Assembly (NCBI GenBank): GCA_001599295.1
Contig: BCGN01000005.1
Span: 682,001-746,000 of the forward strand
Source: Sporopachydermia quercuum
Taxonomy: Eukaryota
Direction of reading: 5' to 3'
Length of the DNA stretch: 64,000 bases
Shown here: piece by piece, positions 25,301 to 34,813 of the stretch
How positions within the stretch are numbered: the stretch's first letter is position 1
Layout of the letters: each line of letters opens with the position of its first letter
The notes under the pieces: model-generated
What the model saw: only the letters and a program-made list of their open reading frames with translations
The model's database searches: none
What the model was told of the DNA's origin: nothing
Program-made: the position numbers and the translations under genes

Positions 25301-26361
25301 TGTGCCTGTGCTCTCGCGGACTTTAGAATTGTTTCGTACCTGTGAGCTTGATCAAAATTTAGTAGTGATGGAGTAAAGTAAACTTAGCCTCTTCGGATTT
25401 GATATGAAGTCAATTGTTACTTTCCTGAGTGGGGGACGTTATATCCAAAAGTATACCAATTACCTATCTTTTTACTGTTATATCATTCTTTTTTTTTCAC
25501 AGTCAAATAAGAAATCTGGTTCTGTTTCTATTTCATATTATTCCGCAGCTTAGAGATAGAATCGACTAAATATCGGAAGCACCAGATGAAACCCATTAGT
25601 AAACTATCTTTGACAAATCGGGGTAAATTTTCCAGATAGGTTAGAATTTTTGTTTTAGTTGTAGTCACTCAGATTCAATTTTGGGTAGAACTACTGAAAA
25701 TTTGGCAGGCAGATGGATGGATATCCCTCTCTCTAAATTAATCTACTATCATGTCAAAATGATCCAAAGGCAAAAAAAACTATTGATAGAAAATTCTCAT
25801 CAGCATAATGATTTCAAAAGAGGATTGAGATCTCAATTTTATATTTCTCTAAATAATTATTCNAGGTCTATCAGAAGATCATCAATTACATTTTTCGGCC
25901 CATAACATTCAATCATTAAAATCATGTCAAGAGTTCTTCCGTATCTCTTCCGTATACTATTAAAGTTCATTATATAAGCTCAAAAACGTTTTGAATTTAT
26001 TGACTATCAATAACTTTATCTTCTCGTGTCAAAAAGAACATTATCGCCAGAATAACAGCAAGCAGCAGCTTTTCCGATGAATAATTTAATATTTTCAAAC
26101 AATGAGCTAATGAATCAGGTTAGCCATATTGAAAATTACTCTGGTGAGAACTCCCCCGCAACCTTTGAGGAAGGTATATTACAGCCTACCCTCAAAAAAA
26201 AGCTTTCAAGTGCATATACATGTTTTACAAATTAACTAGTAACTAAGTTCAAACGACCTTAAAAAACGACTTCCATCATTATTTTCCTCTATTTCTCCAA
26301 TATCAACCATGGCCTTAAAAAATTTGAACTCGTACATAAATATTATTATAGGCGTAGAGAA

Positions 26362-26424
26362 GAACCCTTTGAGCCCTTTGGACCCTTTGGACCCTTTGGA
26401 CCCTTTGGACCCTTTGGACCCTTT
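26362..26424. repeat. 9-bp minisatellite (GGACCCTTT)x5 plus 2 degenerate units in the PHO89 promoter
   Basis: GAACCCTTT GAGCCCTTT, then five exact GGACCCTTT units at 26380-26424. Confidence 0.95.
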
Positions 26425-26518
26425 TGATTTGGTGCCCCATACTCTTGAATGTATGTCAGATTCGATAAAACTTGCCCAGTATCCAACTATATGTGAAAAG
26501 TTTTGTTTGAGTTCAACC

Positions 26519-26774
26519 CACGTTTCTCATCTACAAGTAACTTACTCTCTAAAGTTTAGGAAATAAAGTGACAATAATCCCTTTTTCACCTATGAGCAAT
26601 GCAATGCCTAATAAATTCAGTTAAAGTTTTCCAATTTTTTAAGATTTAAGTTAGCAGCCTTACGGTTTTAGTTTTACTAAATTATAACCTTACTCTTTTT
26701 ACTGTTGACTTTCAAGTTCAAAGGCAGCCTCTCAGCTATTCTGTTCTGTATATCAAAGATACAACATATAAAAA
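26519..26774 (+). promoter_or_regulatory. PHO89 proximal promoter: Pho4-type E-box, Crz1-type CDRE and TATA box
   Basis: CACGTT at 26519-26524, CAGCCTC at 26725-26731 and TATAAAAA at 26767-26774, about 190 bp before the ATG. Confidence 0.55.
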
Positions 26775-26958
26775 GATGCTAGCATCCTCTTTTACTGTCA
26801 ATCTACTGTTTTTCTTTTCTACTTTTTAGTTTTCATATTTACATTTTTAATCTAACTAAATCAGAACTCCAAGCCAAAAACACTACTACTCGACTATAGA
26901 ATATCAGCAGTATTTTATAAAGTGAATATATTAGAATAGGCAGAAAAAATTATTAGCA

Positions 26959-28686
26959 ATGACTTTGAGTCAATTCGATTATATCTTCGCTATTGCGATG
27001 ATATTTGCCTTTTTGGATGCGTGGAATATTGGTGCCAACGATGTAGCCAACTCTTTCTCTACATCAGTTGCCTCTCGTGCTTTGAAATATTGGCAGGCTA
27101 TGGTTCTCGGTTGTATTTGTGAGTTTTTAGGAGCCGTTTTAGCTGGTTCTCGTGTTACTGATACTATCAAGAACAAAATTATTGATCCTTCAGACTTCGA
27201 TGGTACTCCAGCTGTTCTTATGCTTGGTATGACCTGTGCCTTAGTTGGTTCGTCTCTATGGCTTACCCTTGCTACTAGAATTGGTGCTCCCGTTTCCACC
27301 ACTCACTCCATCGTTGGAGCTATTGTTGGTATGGGTATTGCAGCCAATGGTGCCAAATCTGTCAGCTGGGGTTGGGAAGGTTTCGCCAAGATCATTGCTT
27401 CTTGGTTTATTGCTCCAGCCATCACTGGTGGTTTTGCCGCTATCATTTTCTTGAGTTCTAAGTACTTTGTTTTAGAAAGAAGACATTCTTTGAGAAATGC
27501 TCTCTTTGCCGTTCCATGTTATTTCTTTATTACCTTTGCCATCTTGACTATGGTTATTGTCTGGAAAGGTGCACCTAATCTCCATTTGGACGATTTATCT
27601 GATGGTGCTATTATTGGTAGTATCTTTGGTGTTGCAGGTGTTTCAGTTGTTCTTTATTCTATATTCTGGTTTCCTTATTTCCACAGAAAGTTGGTCAAAG
27701 AGGATTGGACTTTACAAACCTGGGAACTTGTTTATGGTCCTCTTTTATTCAGTCGTGGTGAAGTTCCTCCTAGACCAGAAGGTGCTTTATTAGTTAGAGA
27801 TTATTATGAAGGTAATAGAACACACGAAGAAGAAGATGAAGCTGTTGCCCATGGTGATGCTGTTATCCATACTGAAAGCAAGGAAGAAACAATTGACGAT
27901 ATTGAAAAGGTTAGCGATTCCAACTCCATTGACAATGTCTCTGCTACTGCCAAACTTAAGGATGAATTCTCGTACTCTGCTGCTCTTAAGAGACCCACTC
28001 AATGGCCCTTACTCATCTGGAAATGTTTCATTCATGGTGTCGTTCAAGATGTTATCCATGCCCAAGCTGATGATAATGCTACTGGTTTAAGTAAGTTCTT
28101 GGGAGGTCCTGGTGTCAAATCTATGCACAAGAAGGCTAAGAAATACGATGTTAAGACTGAGCACATTTACGTTTTCTTACAAGCTCTTACTGCCTGTACT
28201 GCTTCTTTCTCTCACGGTTCCAATGATGTTTCCAACGCTGCCGGACCTTTGTCCACTGTTTACCAAATCTGGGAGTCCAACAACAGCAGCTCCAAGGCTT
28301 CTGTTCCCGTATGGGTTTTGGCTTATACTGCTGGTGCCCTTTGTGTCGGATTATGGACTTATGGTTATCACATTATGAGAAATTTAGGTAACAGACTTAC
28401 TTTACAATCACCATCTAGAGGTTTTTCTTGTGAATTAGGTTCTGCTATCACTGTCTGTATGGCTACTCAATTGGCCTTACCTATTTCTACAACACAATGT
28501 ATTGTTGGTGGTATTGTAGCCGTTGGTTTGTGTAACGGTGATTTAGGTGCTGTCAACTGGAGAATGGTTGCCTGGATTTATGCAGGTTGGATTTTCACTA
28601 CCCCTTGTGCCGGTATCCTGGCTGGTGTTTTGATGGGTATTATTGTTAATGCTCCTCGTTGGGGTGGTGACTATTCTTTGTCCTAA
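26959..28686 (+). CDS. PHO89: Na+/phosphate cotransporter, PiT family
   Basis: AWNIGANDVANSF and SFSHGSNDVSNA PiT signatures, PVSTTHS/PISTTQC, many TM helices and strongly biased codon usage. Confidence 0.95.
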   Translation: MTLSQFDYIFAIAMIFAFLDAWNIGANDVANSFSTSVASRALKYWQAMVLGCICEFLGAVLAGSRVTDTIKNKIIDPSDFDGTPAVLMLGMTCALVGSSLWLTLATRIGAPVSTTHSIVGAIVGMGIAANGAKSVSWGWEGFAKIIASWFIAPAITGGFAAIIFLSSKYFVLERRHSLRNALFAVPCYFFITFAILTMVIVWKGAPNLHLDDLSDGAIIGSIFGVAGVSVVLYSIFWFPYFHRKLVKEDWTLQTWELVYGPLLFSRGEVPPRPEGALLVRDYYEGNRTHEEEDEAVAHGDAVIHTESKEETIDDIEKVSDSNSIDNVSATAKLKDEFSYSAALKRPTQWPLLIWKCFIHGVVQDVIHAQADDNATGLSKFLGGPGVKSMHKKAKKYDVKTEHIYVFLQALTACTASFSHGSNDVSNAAGPLSTVYQIWESNNSSSKASVPVWVLAYTAGALCVGLWTYGYHIMRNLGNRLTLQSPSRGFSCELGSAITVCMATQLALPISTTQCIVGGIVAVGLCNGDLGAVNWRMVAWIYAGWIFTTPCAGILAGVLMGIIVNAPRWGGDYSLS

Positions 28687-29213
28687 ATCAATTCTCTTTC
28701 TTTTTTCTGTTTATAGACTGTTTCACAAATCATTTCATATATTGGAGTACTAAATACATATCTGGGTTTAAAAATAGTTATTCTGTTGTAGAGTAGTACG
28801 GAAAGTTGTACTGTATTACGGAAAGTTAAATCTAACTCCGTGTAATATAACTCCGTGAATCATGAATAATTAGTACTAAATGTTGGTTTGGAGATCCAAG
28901 ATTTATTTCTCTGGTTGATCTAGAGAATTGATGCAAGTTATCAGTTCAACATTACTGCTTGAGAGTGCTAGCAGCATGCATAAAGAAGCACTTGCCAATT
29001 CTAATATTTCTTCCCGGATTTAATAAAATTGCAACCAAGAATACTCTGATTCTAAGATAAATAATAATAAATGCAGCATAATTCTTTTAACTCCTCTGAT
29101 AAGATTGTTGCAGCTGTCCTTGCTAGATATTGAAATGTCTAAATCGGATATGTTCTATCAATATTCCGATGAGAAGTTTGTAACAACCAGCTATGCATTA
29201 CTTATTACTAAAC

Positions 29214-29233
29214 CACGTGACCTTTCACGTGAC
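29214..29233. promoter_or_regulatory. Tandem CACGTGAC E-boxes (Cbf1/Pho4-type)
   Basis: CACGTGAC at 29214-29221 and 29226-29233, a 12-bp period. Confidence 0.5.
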
Positions 29234-29457
29234 ACATTGGCATTTCACATTTATCTATATTTCTATTTGTACCTTTTATATATATATACTATTTACTTCG
29301 CTGATTATTTATTCTCATTCTTCTCTTTCTAATTAATAATAATAAGAAGGAGAAGAAGGAAAAAGAGTAAGAATTCTAATACAATTCTTCAATTTTTCTT
29401 ACAATTCATTTTATTTTACTGAATGATGTATGATCAGACAGTAACAAAGTTACAAGC

Positions 29458-29529
29458 TCCGATGTAGTGTAACGGCTAGCACGGTCCGCTTTCACCGGGC
29501 AAACCGGGGTTCGACTCCCCGCATCGGAA
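29458..29529 (+). tRNA. tRNA-Glu (anticodon TTC), intronless, copy 1
   Basis: 72 nt. Acceptor stem TCCGATG/CATCGGA, anticodon arm GTCCG-CT-TTC-AC-CGGGC, T-loop GGTTCGACTCC, followed by a T-run terminator. Confidence 0.97.
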
Positions 29530-30309
29530 TTGCTTTTTTGCTAATCATTTATTTTTTATTTGAATTATGGAGATAAAAACTAATTGATTTGTTTTATTTA
29601 TTGTACTTCATTGTGTGTTTATCTTAATTCGTTCTCCCTTATGATTGCAAACTTAGTGGAAGCTCTGATCGCTCTTCTGGTAGGATCTTGGACTAATCTA
29701 CCATAACCGTCTGCGGCACAAGAAATGCTTTGTAAGCATATGCTAGTAGAATTTAACAGGATGCTTTATACACTCTTTCAATGAGGTTGAACCTGAGAGT
29801 TAACATAAGTATTATATGATTGAACTAACAGTCATGGAAATGTATTTATACATTTATAATTGAGATTGATCAATAGAAAATTCAGCGATACAACTGTTTG
29901 ATGAACCCAATTGCAATTGATTCAACTTGCGAGAATTCCTGAATCTGTGCAAGTGAGTGCTCTTTGACGCTCAATTATCCATACAAATCGTTGTGATCTT
30001 TCTTCTAAACTTATCATATCATATCAAGAATCGGTTTAGTATTGTATTGTTGCACAATGGTTCACCTGGATTTGAAAAAGAAGAAAAGTACTCTCAACAC
30101 CGGTTCATATTGAAAGATGAACCATTAATCCAATATACTGTCATTGAAATAAAAACAGTAACATCTCTTTGAGCTAGCACTATTGTTGTAAACTTATTCT
30201 ATACTCCAAATGATTCATTTATATCTCTTTTCTAGTAGAATCTAATTCAAATGACAGAAAACGATTTAATTTTCAAACATCTATTATAACTTCTTGAATT
30301 TACATGGGC

Positions 30310-30381
30310 TCCGATGTAGTGTAACGGCTAGCACGGTCCGCTTTCACCGGGCAAACCGGGGTTCGACTCCCCGCATCGGAA
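30310..30381 (+). tRNA. tRNA-Glu (anticodon TTC), intronless, copy 2
   Basis: Identical to copy 1 over all 72 nt; T-rich terminator follows. Confidence 0.97.
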
Positions 30382-31199
30382 TTTGNTTTTATTTTTTATT
30401 TTTTATTTTTTTTATTTTCATTTCCCACGGCAGTTTTCATCACCATAGTAAACATCATCATCAACTACCAAAGTTTCGGCGCGTCTCATTTCAGGCCTAA
30501 TAAACCCAGACTATGTCCAACCTTTCTCTTTGTCCTGTTTACATTCGAAATTCTACTGTGTTATTTTGGCACTTACGCTACCAGCGGCATATCAACACTA
30601 GATGATTAGATCACCTTTTACTAATTGAGAGAGAAATATAAACCATCTTTATTTATATATCTTAACAGATATTCATAATAACAAGGGTCGTTAGTGAAGC
30701 AGTATTGGTTTGTTATAGTCGTATTAAGAGAAATTGCGGTAACAGTTGATTATTTGTTGCAGTAACTATTATTACATCTTCGAACCTATTTTTCAATAGC
30801 TTAGATCAGAAACTAGTGCAGATTAGTCGTGTTTCGTCGTTGAAGACGTTTTATTTTATTGAGTTTCAAACAGGTTCCACATCTAATCAACATACAAAGC
30901 TCTTTACGATTATTTGGATAGCTGCTGAGATCTTTTTGTTGGTTGTTCTTGTTCCTCTTGCACTCGCGTTTAGTTGTGATAACACAGCAATAATTGAACA
31001 CCGATCACAAATATCCATTGGGATGCATTTAGGAAAAGAACCAGTCAATTAGGTATAACATCACGGTAAAGGACCTTTACAAACGTATAGACCGGTAGAA
31101 GAGAAGATTTTGATCTGAAATAATAGTTCGATTTTTCTTTGTTTTATAGAGGGGTATCTCAAAGACCTGCAGAAAGACTAGAATACCTTCAGACAAACG

Positions 31200-34019
31200 A
31201 TGTCAGAAATCAACTTGCTGCCACAGGGTGAAGCTGATGGTACTAAAACTGCGGAGGTATCACAACAAGAGGCAGATGAGTCTCAGAGTTCTAATGGAGT
31301 CAACACAGGGGTAAATACTACTTCTTCAACTATAGAAACAGACCTTGCCGAAAGTGCTAATATCAACACAACCCCTGTAGAAAGCAATGGTGTTGAAGTG
31401 AATGCAGAAACGATGGATCAAAATTTACAGGAAATTCACGAAAGATCTGTTGATGATGGCTCCATCGACCCGACTTCCGCTGCAACAGATGATAAAACGA
31501 ATGACATCGTATCTCCTGAAGAAGACGAACGAAAGTTCTTGTTGCACACGAACAATCCCAACCATTCAGATATGGACATAATACCTAACGATAACCTTTT
31601 GACTGAACAAGATTCTGATAAAACCACCGAGGTTGAATCTACCGAACTGACTGTACCAAAGGAGCCGACTCCTACTACTGAAACGACTCAATTTATCTCA
31701 AGCGAACCTCTAGTCGAGCAATCGGCTTCGGATGTAAATGATGGTTTAAAGCAAGAAAATGTTGAAGAGAAAGATGAATCATTGGAAGAAAAGCCTGTAA
31801 ATGAATCACCAAACGTAGAACATACATCTATACCAGCAACCGATACAGCTTCTCATAAAACCTCAGCTGAAAATGCACCTCAAATTCCTGAGGAGGATAC
31901 ACCTTCTAATTGGAATAACGAAGAACCTCCTCAGATCCAAGAACCAATTTCAATAGGAGATGAAGCAGCAGATGAAGTTTTGAACAGGCCAAAATTGAAA
32001 GGTGGAGATAAACTCACACATTCTCCTCGAGAGTTAGAACACAATGAAGAATTAAGAACTGTTACCAATGATATAGAGATGGCTGATTTAGAAGCCGATC
32101 CTAAACCAGAGTCTATACTACCAGAGGCGGTACCAGAACCGGAAATGGACCTAAAAACCGAGCCTGAGAAAACTGAGGACTCTAGAACTTTGAATATTGA
32201 TGGTGACATCAAGAAAGCTGGAAGTGAACTACCAGAACATGATGAAATGGATGTTGACGCTGATATAGATATCAATAATGATGATATAAAAGACAAAGGC
32301 TACGTTGATAATGATATTGATATTGAAAAAGAAGGTGAAGATGGAGAGCGAAAATCAAGAGAGACCAGTAAGGCTATCTCAGAACCTAAAGAATCGTCAA
32401 TTGTCAATCCTGCGATTGATTCAGTTGAGCTAGAAGAAGATGTCCCCAATCTACGAAATATGGTTGCTCAAACGCACGTCACAGTTATTCCTTCTTATGC
32501 CTCCTGGTTCAAACTTTCTGGTATCCATAAAGTCGAAACACAGTCGTTACCAGAATTCTTCAATCAAACTAATAAATCAAAAACGCCTCAGATTTATCTC
32601 AAATATAGAAACTTCATGGTCAACACTTATCGAATCAATCCTAATGACTATTTAACAGTTACTGCTTGCAGAAGAAACTTGGTCGGTGATGTCAGCTCCA
32701 TAATGAGAGTGCATAACTTCTTAGATAAATGGGGTTTAATCAACTACCAGGTACTTGCCGAAAATCGACCTCAGGGTGTTGCTCCTCCTTATACTGGGAA
32801 CTTCGAAGTGGATTATGACATACCAAGAGGCTTGTTTCCTTTTCAACCTTACCAACCACCACCAGACTTGCCAACAACTGCCTACTTTGATACAATTCTC
32901 GGAAAGAGAAAAGCAATGCAAAACAGTGTTCGACCAGAATCATATAATGATACTAATCATAACAATAATAATACAACAATTACATCTTCTACTACAACTA
33001 CAACTACAACTACAACTACCACAACATCCACATCCAATAAAAACGAGAAAACCGCTGAAGTAGTGAAACGACCAAAACTACTGTCAGATAATGATAAGTG
33101 GAATAAGATCGAACTAAGTAAACTATTAGAAGGCATTGAAAAATTTCAAAATAACTGGGAGCTGGTGGCCAAACACGTCGGGACAAAAACTCGTGATGAA
33201 TGTATTATCAAATTTATTCAATTGCCTATAGAGAAAGAATATATGTCCAATGACAGCTTTGAAGAACTTGGCCCTTTGAAATACTCCCCGACTACAATTC
33301 CTTTTACTGAAGCTGAAAACCCAGTCTTGAGCACTATAGCATTCTTGGTTGGGTTGGTTGATCCAAGTGTTGTAGCAGCTATGTCAAAGACGTCGGTTGA
33401 AGAAATCAAGAAACAGACTTTGGACAAACTTAAGGGTGGAGAGAGTAATGCTTCCAACGATAACGATACTGAAACTAAAGCTGAGAATGAAGTGAAATCA
33501 CCCAAAGGTCAAAAAGACTATGTTGAAGAGCTATCTAGTAGAGGGTTAGCAAGTGTAGCAGCTAGAAGTCACGTTTTTGCTACCTATGAAGAGAGGGAAA
33601 TGGCTAATACTACAAATAGTATTGTCAACTATGAGTTGAATAAGATTGATTTAAAAGTATCGCAACTTGAAGAGGTTGAAAAACAATTAGACTATGAACG
33701 ACAATTGTTGAAGAAATCTCAGAAACAAGTTCATCTTGACCGGTTGGCATTGCTAAGTACTACTAACGAAGTAATGTCTTTATTGAAGAAAGCAACGGAG
33801 TTGGGTACTGAGGGTGGAGCTGAATTAGTTCGAAAGGCTCAAGAACTAGTTTCAACTAATCCTCGATCCCATTTTGAGTCCAAGTTTGAAGGTATTGCTT
33901 CCATTAGAAATGCTACTGATAATACGCTCAGTGAAGTGAGCAATGGAGATAAAGACGAAAGCACTTTATTACCAGTTAGTGTTGAATCTGCTAGTACATA
34001 TCGATATTGGTCTGGCTGA
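31200..34019 (+). CDS. SWI3: SWI/SNF subunit Swi3 (SWIRM + SANT + leucine zipper)
   Basis: SWIRM (IPSYASWF..SLPEFF..KTPQIYLKYRNFMVNTYRINP..FLDKWGLINYQ), SANT (WNKIELSKLLEGIEKF..WELVAKHVGTKT), PF..ENPVLST.AFL. A long acidic N-terminus and no ZZ zinc finger favour Swi3 over Rsc8. Confidence 0.85.
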   Translation: MSEINLLPQGEADGTKTAEVSQQEADESQSSNGVNTGVNTTSSTIETDLAESANINTTPVESNGVEVNAETMDQNLQEIHERSVDDGSIDPTSAATDDKTNDIVSPEEDERKFLLHTNNPNHSDMDIIPNDNLLTEQDSDKTTEVESTELTVPKEPTPTTETTQFISSEPLVEQSASDVNDGLKQENVEEKDESLEEKPVNESPNVEHTSIPATDTASHKTSAENAPQIPEEDTPSNWNNEEPPQIQEPISIGDEAADEVLNRPKLKGGDKLTHSPRELEHNEELRTVTNDIEMADLEADPKPESILPEAVPEPEMDLKTEPEKTEDSRTLNIDGDIKKAGSELPEHDEMDVDADIDINNDDIKDKGYVDNDIDIEKEGEDGERKSRETSKAISEPKESSIVNPAIDSVELEEDVPNLRNMVAQTHVTVIPSYASWFKLSGIHKVETQSLPEFFNQTNKSKTPQIYLKYRNFMVNTYRINPNDYLTVTACRRNLVGDVSSIMRVHNFLDKWGLINYQVLAENRPQGVAPPYTGNFEVDYDIPRGLFPFQPYQPPPDLPTTAYFDTILGKRKAMQNSVRPESYNDTNHNNNNTTITSSTTTTTTTTTTTTSTSNKNEKTAEVVKRPKLLSDNDKWNKIELSKLLEGIEKFQNNWELVAKHVGTKTRDECIIKFIQLPIEKEYMSNDSFEELGPLKYSPTTIPFTEAENPVLSTIAFLVGLVDPSVVAAMSKTSVEEIKKQTLDKLKGGESNASNDNDTETKAENEVKSPKGQKDYVEELSSRGLASVAARSHVFATYEEREMANTTNSIVNYELNKIDLKVSQLEEVEKQLDYERQLLKKSQKQVHLDRLALLSTTNEVMSLLKKATELGTEGGAELVRKAQELVSTNPRSHFESKFEGIASIRNATDNTLSEVSNGDKDESTLLPVSVESASTYRYWSG
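32991..33020 (+). repeat. Coding (ACTACA)n microsatellite encoding poly-Thr in SWI3
   Basis: actacaactacaactacaactacaactacc, between the SWIRM and SANT domains. Confidence 0.85.
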
Positions 34020-34813
34020 TTGTATTATATACGAACACAGTAATTGTTCATAATTAAGGACAATGTGTTTCAAAAGTGTTAAATTTTTGTTGATACAAAA
34101 TACATTCTTCTGTAACAGTGTATATTAAGGTCTCAAAATAGAATGAGAAATCAAACATAAATACTACTTCGAAAACTTGTGTGTGCAAAGTTTTTGATTA
34201 TTTTTTGAGTAAAGTCAGATTATTCATTTGCTATTTGAATCTTCTGCTTACTTGTATTATATAGCTATTTGCTGAATTTGTCAAAATTATCAAAATGTGA
34301 CTATTGCTTTGCTACATTTCATTTGTTTGTATCCCTTAAACGATACATAACGATGTATACTGTAAGATGGATGATTAGCATGTATGATCCATTTCTTTCG
34401 AAATCTATTTTCTCCGTAATTGCTCATCAAACTGAACAGGTAAAGAGACAAGATTACATAATCAGGAAACATTTCTCAGTATCACCTAATCAGAAAATTT
34501 ATCACACGTATATGATGGAAGGGTGTCAGGATTCACACCAGGACAGAAAGAAGAAGACCCTTTGAAGATTACAGGTAGTGATTAATTTGAAGGGTCTCCG
34601 CTCTCTTATAGAGTAAACTAGTATATACAGCATTGAATACTCAACGGTTACTATGTACTTTCATTGTGCACAAAGATAAAAGCTTTCCGTTTATCAAATT
34701 GACTTGCAATCACGAATTACACTCACTCACTCGAATTATTCATGGTACTTAAGTGTCAGCGGACTTACAGGTTGAACATTTCACGCTTTTGATCTCCTAA
34801 GTAACACATCAAG

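Noticed and set aside
26362..26424. CRISPR-like or telomeric array
   Set aside because: Head-to-tail 9-mers without spacers in a eukaryote; internal position with no subtelomeric context.
26309..26566. 85-aa ORF with (DPL)n repeat
   Set aside because: The ORF stays open mainly because the 9-bp promoter repeat has no stops. There is no recognisable domain and it lies upstream of the PHO89 TATA box.
472..28686. Functional clustering of phosphate genes (VTC5, PHO89) or splicing genes (SLU7, CUS2, TGS1)
   Set aside because: They are separated by many unrelated housekeeping genes, which is consistent with chance.
29214..29420. Point centromere (CDEI-like TCACGTG followed by an AT-rich tract)
   Set aside because: No CDEIII (TGT..TTCCGAA) at a suitable distance on either side. 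The gene and intron content points to a lineage outside the point-centromere yeasts.
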